Positions 22,011 through 32,602 of a DNA stretch of 64,000 nucleotides are shown piece by piece. The stretch is from Coraliomargarita sp. GTDB lineage: Bacteria; Verrucomicrobiota; Verrucomicrobiia; Opitutales; Coraliomargaritaceae. The notes beneath the pieces are model-generated. The model searched no databases. It was not told the DNA's origin and saw only the letters and a program-made list of their open reading frames with translations. The stretch covers positions 1,984,001 through 2,048,000 of the forward strand of contig OZ244160.1 of NCBI GenBank assembly GCA_965216325.1, given 5' to 3'. The position numbers and the translations under genes were made by a program. Each line of letters opens with the position of its first letter. The stretch's first letter is position 1.

Positions 22011-22964
22011 CTATTTGTTGAGAATTTCTTTGGCGCGGTCCAAGGTCTCCTTTTCCGCGTCGCTGAGTGAGCCGAAGCCCTTGGAATTGATTTTATCGAG
22101 GATGCGGTCGACTTCAGCCTGCAGTTCTTCACGGCTGCTGCGGTTGACACTGTAACCGAGGTTCTGAGACTGCTTAGCGCGGCGCTTGAACCATGCGGGC
22201 GGCTCGGCAGTGGTGGTGCGGCGGCTGTTAACCGTGTTTGGGTTTAGGAAAGGGATGGCGTTGTTTTGATAGACGTAGCGGTGGAAGGCCAATCCGAACA
22301 GCAGGCCCCCTAGATGAGCAGAGTGTGCGATCCGGTCATAGGCGGCATTCTGGGAGATCTCATTTGCGAGGCCAAATAGTGTAATTGCCAAATAGCCGTA
22401 GAGTAGCCATTTCACCCGAATCGGAATGGGGATCGGGATGAGAATCATCTGCGCATTTGGGTTGATCAGGGCGAAAAATCCGAACAATGCGCTGACCGCA
22501 GCGGAGGCTCCGATGGCAACACCATTGCCGTTGAAATGTAGCACTGCATAGAGCACGCCGCCAGCGACAATACCACCGAGGTAGAGGGCGAGGAAGCGCT
22601 TGCTGCCCAGAACCTGCTCCACGTGGCGGCCGAGGATGAAGAGCATGAGCATGTTGATCACCAGATGGATGTGTGGGATCGGTATAAAAAACATAGAGCC
22701 CGTTTGCGGGGCGTGGAAGAAGCCGTAGCTGAGCAGGGTCCAGATTTTGAGCTCCTTGAAGTTGCTGCCACTGAGTGCGAGCTGGTTGTTGATGAAGTCC
22801 CAGATGGGCACGCCGCTGTATGCATGGGTGGCGGGGAATGCGATGGCAACGAGTTGCACCACCACTGCGATTGCGATGGTGATGATCAGCAAGCGGGTAA
22901 CCATGCTGGTTTTAGGCGCAGCGGGCGCGCTGTCTTGACGCATATAAGGTCGGTCGTAGAGCAT
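22011..22964 (-). CDS. Rhomboid family intramembrane serine protease
   Basis: HLVINM, GASAA and AHSAHLGG motifs; C-terminal VDRILDKI domain. Confidence 0.9.
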   Translation of the reverse strand: MLYDRPYMRQDSAPAAPKTSMVTRLLIITIAIAVVVQLVAIAFPATHAYSGVPIWDFINNQLALSGSNFKELKIWTLLSYGFFHAPQTGSMFFIPIPHIHLVINMLMLFILGRHVEQVLGSKRFLALYLGGIVAGGVLYAVLHFNGNGVAIGASAAVSALFGFFALINPNAQMILIPIPIPIRVKWLLYGYLAITLFGLANEISQNAAYDRIAHSAHLGGLLFGLAFHRYVYQNNAIPFLNPNTVNSRRTTTAEPPAWFKRRAKQSQNLGYSVNRSSREELQAEVDRILDKINSKGFGSLSDAEKETLDRAKEILNK

Positions 22965-23058
22965 AAAGGTGGTTTATCCTAGGAATTGAAATGGATTTGC
23001 CAAGGTTCGAGACCGATTTGATGGCAGACAGTTCCACTTCATTGAAGGAGGGTTTTAG

Positions 23059-23187
23059 GGTAGCGCAGGAGCGTCCTTGCTCCGCAAGAACTGATGGACA
23101 GTTTGGCTTAAGCTATTGGGGTGCGCCGCCTTTCGGTAAACTCAAGGCCCAGAGCAAGGTCGAAGGGCGAGACGCGGCCGCGCGACC
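23059..23187. repeat. REP doublet, family A, carrying a 37-nt insertion
   Basis: GGTAGCGCAGGAGCGTCCTTGCTCCGC ... GGTGCGCCGC[insert]GCGAGACGCGGCCGCGCGACC. Confidence 0.8.
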
Positions 23188-23241
23188 TCATTGCCCTTCC
23201 CGCTTGACTTGGAGGCAAAAATATTAGCCTCTGTGGGCACT

Positions 23242-23478
23242 ATGGCAGAAAAAGACGAAAAGTGGCCGGAAAATGTGAAGGGTAAGTTCTACGTCGATGA
23301 ACAATGCATCGACTGCGACCTTTGCCGCGAAACTGCTCCGGATTTCTTCACCCGTAACGAAGACGGAGGCTATTCCTTCGTGCACAAGCAGCCTGAAGCG
23401 GCTGAGGATGTCGAGCTTTGCATGGAAGCTCTGGAAGGTTGCCCGGTGGAGGCGATCGGCGACGACGGCGACGAATAA
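23242..23478 (+). CDS. Single-cluster ferredoxin
   Basis: [13 protein letters not shown]...CPVEAIG; followed by a terminator at 23502-23532. Confidence 0.9.
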   Translation: MAEKDEKWPENVKGKFYVDEQCIDCDLCRETAPDFFTRNEDGGYSFVHKQPEAAEDVELCMEALEGCPVEAIGDDGDE

Positions 23479-23841
23479 GCCATCATTCTTTGAACACACT
23501 CAAAAAGCCTGCCGAGTTCGGCAGGCTTTTTTGTGGTTCCTCGTCGATTACCGGGGAATCCCTACATGGCTGTGCGGGTTAAAGCGACGGACAGGTTCCG
23601 AGTGGAACGACAAGACCGGGCACGGAGTGGACCGGACCATGTTCGTCCTCCTTTGCCGAGACCATGTTTTCGAAAGGAGGCAGGACATTCCTGTCCTGCT
23701 CAAGTTTGCCAGTTGCCGTCGGGCTACTCGAGCTGTTGTCTGTCGTGGGGCAAAGTGATCGCAGCCCGAGCATGAATCTCTGCCTTTCATCCGTTCGACG
23801 AGGAACCCCAATTAAGCACGCATTCCCCGGAAAGTGACGAA

Positions 23842-25314
23842 CTAGGAGAAACGCTTCCAGACCGAGGGGACGAAGAGCACCATTACGGCATACAGCTCCA
23901 GACGGCCGAGCACCATGAGCAGTGAGAGGAACAGCTTGGTTGAGCTGCGCAAATGCTGGAAATGCTCAGTGGGCCCAACTGCGTCGAAGCCGGGACCGAT
24001 GTTGAATAGGGTGGCCTGCACGCAGGAAAAGACTCCGATGAAGGCGAGACCGGGCTCATTGGCGGAGACAAAGAGCATTGAGGTGATTTGCAGGCCGATC
24101 ATCAGCATCAGGAACACGATCACGTTTTGAATCGCCTGCTCGCTGAGGAGTTGGCCGCTCATCCGCATCGGAATCGTGATGTTGGGGCGGAAGGCATGCA
24201 TGATACTACGGCCAGCAGCTTTCAGGGCGATGACGACGCGCACAACCTTGACGCCACCTGCGGTGGATCCCGAGCAGCCGCCGATAAACATCAGGATGAT
24301 CAATAGCATTTGGGCGGGGGGCAGCCACGAGGCGAAGTCCGCAGAGGAGTAACCCGTGGTCGTCATAATGGACACCGCTTGGAAGGCTGCAGTGCGGATA
24401 CTGTGGTGGTCCGGCAGTTCACCGGTGAGCTCGACGAGATACAGCGACAGTAGCATGGTTGCCACAATCAGGATGCCGTAGAACCAGAGCACTTCTTTGG
24501 TGTGACGTAGCACGTGTTTACGGCGCTGAATCAGGCGAATGACAAACACAAAGGTGGTGCCGGAGAGCGCCATGAAAAAGATGGAGATCCACTCTAGTGC
24601 CGGGCTGTTGAATTGCTCCATGCTCATTGGCTCGGTGCTGAACCCTCCGGTGGCAATCGTTGTCATCGCGTGGTTAACTGCCTGAAACCAGTTCATTCCG
24701 CCCATTTTATAGGCGAGGGTGCAGAGCCCTGAAATGCCACAGTAGTAGAGCATTAGGTGAAACGCACCGCGCTGGATCCGGCCTTGGTCGAAGTCTGCGG
24801 AGGTGCCGGATGACTCGTTACTGAATAGGATCTTCGCGCCGGCGCCGAGTGAGGAGAGGAGTGCAACGAAGAGCACGACCACGCCCAGGCCACCGACCCA
24901 TTGGCTCAGTGAGCGCCAGAACAGCAAGCTGTGAGGAAATTCGTAGAAGTTTGAAAATGCGGTGGCACCCGTTGTCGTCAGTCCAGAACTACTTTCAAAG
25001 ATCGCATCGGAGATATCGCAGTGATCGACGATTAGGATATAGGGAATCGCTCCAACGGCGGTGGCGAGCAACCATGAGAGTCCGATAAGGCACAGGGCCT
25101 CGCGGCGGAAGAGCTTGGTCTCTCCCTTGCGTCCAAGTATGTGGAAGAGGGCGGCCAGCGCTAGAGTGATGGCGATTGAGTGTTCAAATGCCTGGATCGA
25201 TTGGTCGGCAAAACGCTCGCCATTCACCAAGCCGGCAAGAATGCACAGGCCAAAGCCTCCGGCTAGGGCAACGAGCACCATGCTCAGCAATTTATAAATG
25301 ATCGTCGTATTCAC
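23842..25314 (-). CDS. trkH: Trk potassium uptake membrane subunit
   Basis: [36 protein letters not shown] and GRLE motifs; probable GTG start at 25314. Confidence 0.92.
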   Translation of the reverse strand: MNTTIIYKLLSMVLVALAGGFGLCILAGLVNGERFADQSIQAFEHSIAITLALAALFHILGRKGETKLFRREALCLIGLSWLLATAVGAIPYILIVDHCDISDAIFESSSGLTTTGATAFSNFYEFPHSLLFWRSLSQWVGGLGVVVLFVALLSSLGAGAKILFSNESSGTSADFDQGRIQRGAFHLMLYYCGISGLCTLAYKMGGMNWFQAVNHAMTTIATGGFSTEPMSMEQFNSPALEWISIFFMALSGTTFVFVIRLIQRRKHVLRHTKEVLWFYGILIVATMLLSLYLVELTGELPDHHSIRTAAFQAVSIMTTTGYSSADFASWLPPAQMLLIILMFIGGCSGSTAGGVKVVRVVIALKAAGRSIMHAFRPNITIPMRMSGQLLSEQAIQNVIVFLMLMIGLQITSMLFVSANEPGLAFIGVFSCVQATLFNIGPGFDAVGPTEHFQHLRSSTKLFLSLLMVLGRLELYAVMVLFVPSVWKRFS

Positions 25315-25366
25315 GCGGTTCTGTAAATTCCTTAGGGTGGGCGGCCTCGCCGAGGCTGCCCTAGCA

Positions 25367-26716
25367 TTAAATGAGGCGCTTGATGAGTTCCTTTTCCTGC
25401 TCCTCATTTACGAGCACCAGCACACGGTCTCCGGCGAGGATCGTGTCGTCGGCGGTGGGAACGCGGGCTTTAAATTTGTGCTGGATCGCCACGAACAGAC
25501 TGCCCTTTGGCAAATGGATGTCCTTGACGGTTTGACCCACGCAAGGGCTGGAGTGGGTGATGCGCAGTTCGAGAATGCGCCCGCTGCCATCCGGAAGCTC
25601 GGCCATTACCGAGACGGGTTCGGTTGACAGGCTACGCTGCATGAACTCGGCGGTGGCACGGCGTGGCGAAACCACCACCTCAATGCCGAGCATGGTTTTT
25701 AAAATATTTTCGAGTTGGTCGTAGTCGCCCTTGTTGATGACTACCTGCACGTGCTCGGCACCGAGTTTGGAGGCCTGTAGACTGGTCAGGATGTTCTCTT
25801 CGTCGTCCTTGGTGCAGGCTACAAAGTAGTCGGCGTGGCCGATCTGCTCTTCTTCCAGTAGGCGCAGTGAGGTGGCATCGCCGTGAATGACAGTGATGTT
25901 CGGGAAGCGCTCGGTCAGTTTGCGGCAATGGTCCGGGCACTTTTCGATGACACGGATCTTAAAGCGGGGATTGGTCAGCAGGCGGATCAAACTGATCGCA
26001 GTTTCGCTGCCACCAAAGAGCACGACGCTGACTTGCTTGACCTTCTGTTTGGGGTCGAAGCGATCTCTCAGGGCGAACAGTGCCTCGGGGTAGCCGAAAA
26101 GCGTAACGACATCGCCTTCAGCCATTACCGTATCCGGGCCAGCCACTTCACTGGCATCGCCGCGTTGGATGTAGCCGATGCGCACGCGAGGATCGAGCTT
26201 CAGGTCCTTGAGTTTCTTGCCAATCAGGCGCGATTTGGGTGCGACGCGCTGCTGCTGGAATTCGATCTGGCCGCGGGCGAAGTTCTCTACCGCAACACGC
26301 CCCGGATTGCGGATATGCTTGGCGAGCTCAACCGCACAGATCGCTTCGGGGTTGACCAACAGGTCGATACCAAAGTGCACCTGATAATTGATCACCGAGT
26401 TGTCGTTGTAGGTCTCGTCGTGAATACGTGCGATGGTGTTCTTCGCACCAAGGCCCTTTGCCAGCGAGCAGGAGATCACGTTTGTGCGGTCATCACTGGT
26501 CATCGCGAGGAAGGCATCGCAATCGGCGACATCGACATCCACGAGTTGGCGCGCAGAGCTACCGTTGCCAGCGATGATGCGGGCATTCTGTTCCTCGTCC
26601 AGAGATTCAGCGCGCTTGGCGGACTGCTCGATGAGGGTAACGTCGTTGCCCGTCGCTGAAAGCGTCGAGCAAAGGTTATGGCCGACTTCGCCGGCACCAA
26701 CGATAATGATCTTCAT
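25367..26716 (-). CDS. trkA: Trk potassium uptake NAD-binding subunit
   Basis: [12 protein letters not shown]; two RCK domains; adjacent to trkH. Confidence 0.93.
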   Translation of the reverse strand: MKIIIVGAGEVGHNLCSTLSATGNDVTLIEQSAKRAESLDEEQNARIIAGNGSSARQLVDVDVADCDAFLAMTSDDRTNVISCSLAKGLGAKNTIARIHDETYNDNSVINYQVHFGIDLLVNPEAICAVELAKHIRNPGRVAVENFARGQIEFQQQRVAPKSRLIGKKLKDLKLDPRVRIGYIQRGDASEVAGPDTVMAEGDVVTLFGYPEALFALRDRFDPKQKVKQVSVVLFGGSETAISLIRLLTNPRFKIRVIEKCPDHCRKLTERFPNITVIHGDATSLRLLEEEQIGHADYFVACTKDDEENILTSLQASKLGAEHVQVVINKGDYDQLENILKTMLGIEVVVSPRRATAEFMQRSLSTEPVSVMAELPDGSGRILELRITHSSPCVGQTVKDIHLPKGSLFVAIQHKFKARVPTADDTILAGDRVLVLVNEEQEKELIKRLI

Positions 26717-26880
26717 ACTAGGCGCTTGGCCGTGGGGCTAAGCAAATTTCCGGCGGATTCTGACGGTTCGCGCCGTTATTTCCAGAAGTTTTTCGAGGTG
26801 CTTGTCGCTCTTAATCTGGCTCCTAATTCTACTCTTAATCTCTCCTCATGAGACGATTGATCGTGTAGCGCGGCCAATTC

Positions 26881-26995
26881 GTAGGGGCTTTGCTTGCGAA
26901 GCCCGTAAGCCCTGAATGGCCTTCCACACTGCGGGCGTCGCCCCCCAATAGACTCGAGGCCTTGAGTTTGTCGAAAAGGCAAGCAACGTCCATAC
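26881..26995. repeat. REP doublet, family C, carrying a 37-nt insertion
   Basis: GTAGGGGCTTTGCTTGCGAAGCCCG ... GCGGGCGTCGC[insert]GCAAGCAACGTCCATAC; uninterrupted relative at 42515-42594. Confidence 0.78.
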
Positions 26996-27049
26996 AGCTG
27001 CTAGGAGATTAGGATTATGAGTAGGATTGCGATTAAGAGGCGTATCTAC

Positions 27050-27976
27050 TTAAACCAGCGACACTTCGACACCAAAGATCGAGGTCTCACCTGGGTTGAC
27101 CGCGTGGAGGCCTTGTTTGTGTTCGGGTGCATTGGGCGGGCCCATCCACGGTTCGACGCAGTAGAAGGGACTGTCGTGCTTCTCGGTCCAGATTACGAAA
27201 GCGTTGGAGCCTGATGCACCGTCGAAGTCGCCCAAAATACGCACAGCAATGTCTTCTTCGCCGCCGTTGGGGCCGAAGAGTGCGGTATCGCCCGTGAGCT
27301 TTGTGTAGATGCGGTCGCTGTTCTCCGGGTTGCCGAAGGAGAGATCCTTATCCCAGCCCTTGGCGACGGGATACAGCTTGCCGTCGGGGCCATGGGTGAA
27401 GCACTTCTTGGCAGGCACCTTGAAGCGGTAGTCTTTGCGCTCCAGGCCATTGTGCCACGGAAGGGTGAAGTAAAAGTGGTGGCCGGCAGACCAAAGGATT
27501 GGCGAATCGCCTTTGTTCTCGAGTGAGTAATAGACGCGCAGCGAGATGTCGGAAAACTCGTAGCGCACGGTAAACTCGTAATCAAATGGGTAAGCCTGAT
27601 GGGCTGCTTCGTCCGGCAGGAGTTTCACGGTGAAGCCGGTTTCCTGCAGATCGATGATTTCAAAGGCACCGTCGCGGGCAAAGCCATGGTTCGGCATCGG
27701 GCGTACCACGCCGTGTTGGTCCTTCCATTCGCCGATCTTGCCCGCATTGAATGTGCGTGCGGAGAAGGGGAAGAGCACTGGGTTGCCGCCACGCACTTTC
27801 GCGAAGTTGTCGAAGTTAGCGCCTTCCGGCCAGTAGATCACATCGCGCACGGAGCCATCGGACATGGTCACATTCCAGTTCATCAGGCGCGCGCCCGCTT
27901 CCGGGCGCACCAAAAAGGTCGAAGGGCCGCAGCTCCAGCGGTGTAAAGTGATACCGTTGTAATCAACTGTTTCCAT
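27050..27976 (-). CDS. Aldose 1-epimerase / galactose mutarotase family protein
   Basis: [20 protein letters not shown] and YCVEPW motifs. Confidence 0.88.
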   Translation of the reverse strand: METVDYNGITLHRWSCGPSTFLVRPEAGARLMNWNVTMSDGSVRDVIYWPEGANFDNFAKVRGGNPVLFPFSARTFNAGKIGEWKDQHGVVRPMPNHGFARDGAFEIIDLQETGFTVKLLPDEAAHQAYPFDYEFTVRYEFSDISLRVYYSLENKGDSPILWSAGHHFYFTLPWHNGLERKDYRFKVPAKKCFTHGPDGKLYPVAKGWDKDLSFGNPENSDRIYTKLTGDTALFGPNGGEEDIAVRILGDFDGASGSNAFVIWTEKHDSPFYCVEPWMGPPNAPEHKQGLHAVNPGETSIFGVEVSLV

Positions 27977-28115
27977 GGGGCACACTTGTCTGAATCTTCT
28001 GCCCGATTGCAAATTCAATTTAGTGAATCAGGCGAATCTCTAGCGCTGAATATTTGATCTAATTATCGAGTGAGTGGACTTGCCTTTATCTGGGGGCTAT
28101 CCATGCTCATTGAAT

Positions 28116-29684
28116 ATGTCAGGACTTCGATGGTTCCTTTTTACCCTAGCGTTATGTTTCGGTCTTGTGTGGGCTGAGCAAGCTGAGGAGTATGCTCCCG
28201 AGAATCCGGTTGTCGAGGATGTGCAGGTAGCTGAGGTGATCGAAGCGGCCGCTGTTAAAGTCGACGAAGTTGTGGAATTGGACGACTCCGGGGAATCCAC
28301 TGAATCTGCTGCGGTGTATTATCCGAAGCCTGAGCGTAAGGACCTGACGCCAGTGGATGGCGTGGTGGATGTCTATGTGATTCCGATTGAAGACGCGATC
28401 AGTAAGCCGAACCTGTTTATCCTGCGCCGAGGCCTGAAGCAGGCGATAGAGAACGACATTGAAATGGTGATTCTCGATATGGATACGCCGGGTGGTCGCG
28501 TGGATGTGTGCCTTGAAATGATGGAGATGCTGGATCGCTTTGAAGGTGTGACTGCGACCTATGTGAATGAAGATGCGATTTCAGCGGGTTCCTTTATCGC
28601 GGCAGCGACCGACGAGATTTACTTTTCCCCGCGTGGTAAGATTGGTGCCTCGGCGGTGATCACGGGCACTGGCGAGGACATCGGTGAAACCGCCAAGCAG
28701 AAAATCGAAAGCTATTTGCGGGCGCACATCCGCATCATTAGCGATGAGGATCCACTGCGCGGAAAAGTCATTCGAGCGATGCTGGAGACCGACTATGAGC
28801 TCAAAATTGGTGATGAGGTGATCAAGCCCGCAGGTGAGTTACTGACCCTAACAGCTAAAGAGGCGATCAAGGAATATGGAGATCCGCCCCGTCCGCTCTT
28901 GGGCGAGGGTATCTATGAAGATGTGGAGACCTTGCTAGCGGAGCGAGTGGGCGATGCCGAACTCCGGATCAAACGCTACGAGTTGAGTGGTGCCGAGGTG
29001 TTGGGCAAATGGATCAATGCGATTACGCCGCTGTTGATGGCCTTGGGTGTGGCATGCATCTACATCGAGTTTCAATCTCCGGGCTTTGGTATCTTCGGTG
29101 TGCTGGGCTTGTGCGCGTTTGGTGTTCTGTTCGGTGGCTTCTATGTGGCAGGGCTCGCGGGCTATGAGCTGTATGCGATCTTTGTCTTGGGCTTTTTGTT
29201 GGTGATTGCAGAGCTGCTGCTGATGCCGGGTGCTTTGTTCTTATCGATACCTGGACTCGCCATGATGCTCGGTTCGCTGATCTGGGGCATGGTCGACTAT
29301 TGGCCAAAGGGCACGGGTGAGCTCACGCTTGATTCCTTTGTGGACCCCTTCGTGAATGTGGTCTTTGGGCTGGCACTGTCGATTGTCGGCGTCTTGGTCT
29401 TGTATCGTTTGATCAAGGGCTCGCCCTTGGAAAGTCGTCTGGTCCTATCGGAGTCGTCCGGTGGAGCGAGTCGAGAAGACGAGCAGGTCGCTGGTGAAAA
29501 CAGCCTGCCGGATGTTGGGCTGACGGGCACGACGGTGACCAAGCTGTTTCCAAGTGGCCGTGTTGAACTTGGAGGAAAGCGCTATGAGGCGCGCTGCGCG
29601 GTCGGCATGATTGACCGGGGTGTCAAGGTGCGCGTCGTGCGTTACGAAGACTTCGATGTCATCGTCGAGGAGGTGAAGTCATGA
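28116..29684 (+). CDS. NfeD family membrane protein with N-terminal ClpP-like domain
   Basis: MDTPGG, AISAG and LLTLTA motifs; TM block; C-terminal OB-fold segment. Confidence 0.85.
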   Translation: MSGLRWFLFTLALCFGLVWAEQAEEYAPENPVVEDVQVAEVIEAAAVKVDEVVELDDSGESTESAAVYYPKPERKDLTPVDGVVDVYVIPIEDAISKPNLFILRRGLKQAIENDIEMVILDMDTPGGRVDVCLEMMEMLDRFEGVTATYVNEDAISAGSFIAAATDEIYFSPRGKIGASAVITGTGEDIGETAKQKIESYLRAHIRIISDEDPLRGKVIRAMLETDYELKIGDEVIKPAGELLTLTAKEAIKEYGDPPRPLLGEGIYEDVETLLAERVGDAELRIKRYELSGAEVLGKWINAITPLLMALGVACIYIEFQSPGFGIFGVLGLCAFGVLFGGFYVAGLAGYELYAIFVLGFLLVIAELLLMPGALFLSIPGLAMMLGSLIWGMVDYWPKGTGELTLDSFVDPFVNVVFGLALSIVGVLVLYRLIKGSPLESRLVLSESSGGASREDEQVAGENSLPDVGLTGTTVTKLFPSGRVELGGKRYEARCAVGMIDRGVKVRVVRYEDFDVIVEEVKS

Positions 29685-30145
29685 TGCTTATTGCAGGCTT
29701 TATCGTCGGCACGCTGATTCTGGTGGCGCTGGAAGTCTTTCTGCCAGGGGGTGTGCTCGGTGTCGCGGCGGTTGTGTGCTTGTTGATTGCTAGTTACTTA
29801 ACCTACGTGGACTACGGCTTATTTGGAGCCTTGATGGTCTTCTTTGGGACAGTGTTTGCCTCTTTGGCGTTTGCTGTGGTGCAGTTTCGATTTTTTGCAA
29901 AGTCTTCGTATGGTCAGAAACTTTTTCTGAGTAAGTCTGTCGAGGGGCGCACGAATAATGACAAGGGAGATGATGAAATGATCGGCGAATCGGGACAAAC
30001 ATTGACCCGTTTGAATCCGACGGGTATGGTCCTGATCAACGGTAAAAATTACGAAGCGTTTTCAAGAGACGGTTACATTGAAAAAAACGAATCGGTGCGA
30101 GTCATCGACCGCGACAACTTTAAACTTATTATACAAAAATCATGA
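29681..30145 (+). CDS. Short NfeD-like protein
   Basis: [13 protein letters not shown] region followed by [11 protein letters not shown]-fold segment. Confidence 0.8.
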   Translation: MMLIAGFIVGTLILVALEVFLPGGVLGVAAVVCLLIASYLTYVDYGLFGALMVFFGTVFASLAFAVVQFRFFAKSSYGQKLFLSKSVEGRTNNDKGDDEMIGESGQTLTRLNPTGMVLINGKNYEAFSRDGYIEKNESVRVIDRDNFKLIIQKS

Positions 30146-31179
30146 ATGCATCTATCCTCGCTTTACCTCTCGCCATAGCTGGTTGGAAATTGGCCGTAGC
30201 CGCAGTGCTTGGTCTGATCCTGTTGGTCTTACTGCTGATCTTTGTCACTTACATTGGTTTGTTTGTGAAATCGTATCTTGCGAAAGCGACCGTTGGCTTC
30301 CCGACCTTGATTGCGATGCGCCTCCGTGGTGTGCCGGCCTCATTGATGGTCGATGCACGTATTACTGCCGTGAAGGCGGGTTTGAGCCTGAGTTCGGATG
30401 ACTTGGAAGCGCACTACCTTGCAGAGGGTAATGTGATTCAAACCGTTCAGGCACTGATCGCTGCCGATAAGGCAAACATCGCACTGGACTGGCAACGTGC
30501 CTGCGCGATCGATCTCGCGACCAAGGGCACCGGCAAGTCGGTGCTCGAGGCGGTGCGCACTTCGATTAATCCGAAGGTGATTGAATGTCCGAACCCGCAA
30601 AGTGGCCGCGCGACCATCGACGGTGTGGCGAAAGACGGCATTCAGGTGAAGGCACGTGCTCGTGTGACGGTTCGTTCCAATCTCGACAATTATGTCGGCA
30701 GTGCGCTGGAAGAAACGGTCATCGCCCGTGTCGGTGAAGGTATCGTGACCACGATTGGTTCTTCGGAGTCCTACAAGTCGGTGCTCGAATCACCGGATAG
30801 CATTTCCAAGGTGGTGCTGGAGCGCGGCCTCGACGTGGGCACTGCCTTCGAAATCCTGTCCATCGATATCGCGGATGTCGATGTCGGTGAGAATATCGGT
30901 GCGAAGTTGCAAGAGTCTCAGGCAGAAGCAGACAAGAACGTGGCGCAGGCGAAGGCTGAAATGCGCCGTGCTGCTGCGGTTGCACTCGAACAGGAAATGA
31001 AGGCGAAGGTCGAAGAGATGAATGCGAAGGTGGTTGAAGCCGAAGCGCAAGTTCCTCTGGCCTTGGCTGAAGCCTTCCGCTCCGGAAATCTCGGTGTAAT
31101 GGATTACTACCGCCTGAATAACATTAAGGCGGACACCGATATGCGTGACTCGATCTCGAAGGGTGACGAGAAGCAGTAA
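30142..31179 (+). CDS. floA: Flotillin-like protein FloA (YqfA/UPF0365)
   Basis: [29 protein letters not shown] and [17 protein letters not shown] motifs. Confidence 0.92.
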   Translation: MNASILALPLAIAGWKLAVAAVLGLILLVLLLIFVTYIGLFVKSYLAKATVGFPTLIAMRLRGVPASLMVDARITAVKAGLSLSSDDLEAHYLAEGNVIQTVQALIAADKANIALDWQRACAIDLATKGTGKSVLEAVRTSINPKVIECPNPQSGRATIDGVAKDGIQVKARARVTVRSNLDNYVGSALEETVIARVGEGIVTTIGSSESYKSVLESPDSISKVVLERGLDVGTAFEILSIDIADVDVGENIGAKLQESQAEADKNVAQAKAEMRRAAAVALEQEMKAKVEEMNAKVVEAEAQVPLALAEAFRSGNLGVMDYYRLNNIKADTDMRDSISKGDEKQ

Positions 31180-31264
31180 TATTTGAGGTGGAGGGCAATG
31201 CTCTGTCATTGCCGGGTATTCCGGCGGAAACGACGGAGCGTTTCCCTCCACTTAGAAGCAAGTA

Positions 31265-31933
31265 ATGGAAAACCTTCTAGATATGCTCATCCCGATCATT
31301 ATTGTGGTCGGATGGGTGCTTAAAGGACTCTTCTCGGGTAATACTGAAGAGGATGAGGGTGCGCAGCCGCGTCAGCGCTCTGGGCCGGATGAATCGTACC
31401 CGGATACTGAATACGAGGAGCGGCAGCGCCGCATTCAGGAGGAAATTCGCCGTAAGATTATGGAGCGCCGCCAAGCTGCGGAGGGCAGTGCGGCAGCGCC
31501 TCCTGCTTTGCCTCAGCAACAGCGTCCAGTGGTGACGTCGCCGGATCATGCGGAAGCCAAACGTCGCCGCGTGCAGGAGCGCCTCAAGCAGCGCAAAGAG
31601 CGTCAGCGAGAAGTGACCGAGCGCGTGCATGAAACCACAGAAGATGTTCATGAGACGGCCGGTGGCTTTTCATGGGAGGAGCCAGAGCACTCCTATGAGC
31701 AAGCACTGGAGGCGCAGCAGGCCCGTATTGAAGAGACTAGGCGTCAAGCCGCGGCCTTGCAGTCGCAGTTGGCGAGCCGTTCCAACCCGCAAGGTGCTCG
31801 GAGTTCATCGGCACGCAAGCGCAGTAGCTACCGTGGCCCGATCCGTGATAAGCTCCGCGACCCAGCGGCCGCCCGCGAAGCGATCATCTACAGCGAGGTG
31901 CTGGGCAAGCCGGTAGGCTTGCGGGAAGGGTAA
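31265..31933 (+). CDS. Hypothetical membrane-anchored protein at the end of the floA operon
   Basis: N-terminal TM helix, coiled coil, C-terminal REAIIYSEVLGKPVGLR. Confidence 0.75.
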   Translation: MENLLDMLIPIIIVVGWVLKGLFSGNTEEDEGAQPRQRSGPDESYPDTEYEERQRRIQEEIRRKIMERRQAAEGSAAAPPALPQQQRPVVTSPDHAEAKRRRVQERLKQRKERQREVTERVHETTEDVHETAGGFSWEEPEHSYEQALEAQQARIEETRRQAAALQSQLASRSNPQGARSSSARKRSSYRGPIRDKLRDPAAAREAIIYSEVLGKPVGLREG

Positions 31934-31946
31934 CCGCATTTCTAAG

Positions 31947-32035
31947 GGTAGCGCAGGCGCGTCTCGCGCCGCAGGAATTTAGGTTGGGGCTGGCTTACAA
32001 CAACGTGGTGCGCCGCGAGACGCGGCTGCGCTACC
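31947..32035. repeat. REP doublet (REPIN-like), family A, upstream of the RAYT
   Basis: GGTAGCGCAGGCGCGTCTCGCGCCGC ... GGTGCGCCGCGAGACGCGGCTGCGCTACC, 89 bp. Confidence 0.9.
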
Positions 32036-32046
32036 TCTGAATTTAC

Positions 32047-32505
32047 ATGAGTGAATTTATTCGGAAGCGTTTAAAGCATGGAATGCCATCGTGGGTGAGC
32101 GATGGGCAGATTTATTTCATTACGATCAATGCAAGCGAGCGCGGACAGAATCATTTCGCGAAACCTGACATTGCTGGGGCGATCAAATCGGCGGTTCTTA
32201 ATTACTCGGAATTGAATAAGTGGTATCCGAAGTTGGTGGTCGTCATGCCGGATCATCTGCATGCACTGTTTTCGTTGAATACAGCTCACTACAGCATCTC
32301 ACAGATTATTTCACCTTGGAAAAGCTTTCTGTGCAAAACGCAGGGAATTCAGTGGCAGGAGGGCTTCTTTGAGCACCGGATTCGTGATCCGAATTCTCTA
32401 CAGGAAAAGGAAGTGTATCTGCGGATGAACCCGGTTCGGGCTGGCTTAGTGGAGGAGCCTGAAGACTGGGAATACACTTGGAGTTCTGCCGATTTTCAGA
32501 GGTAG
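32047..32505 (+). mobile_element. REP-associated tyrosine transposase (RAYT, HUH/Y1 family)
   Basis: YFIT, MPDHLH (HUH), [11 protein letters not shown] and [12 protein letters not shown] (catalytic Tyr) motifs; flanked by REP doublets. Confidence 0.92.
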
Positions 32506-32589
32506 CGCAGGCGCGTCCCGCGCCGCAGGAGCTGCCGATGAATCTGGCTTACAACACGGTGGTGCGCCGCGAGACGCGGCTGCGCTACC
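32501..32589. repeat. REP doublet (REPIN-like), family A, downstream of the RAYT
   Basis: Direct-orientation copy of 31947-32035, 89 bp; its GTAG supplies the RAYT stop codon. Confidence 0.9.
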
Positions 32590-32602
32590 TTTATTCACGC
32601 TT

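Noticed and set aside
28116..31933. NfeD-FloA operon as a novel system
   Set aside because: Matches the known yqeZ-yqfA(floA)-type membrane microdomain operon.
31947..32589. CRISPR array or IS200/IS605 element with TnpB
   Set aside because: Repeats are inverted palindromic doublets rather than regularly spaced direct repeats; no cas or tnpB gene in the window.
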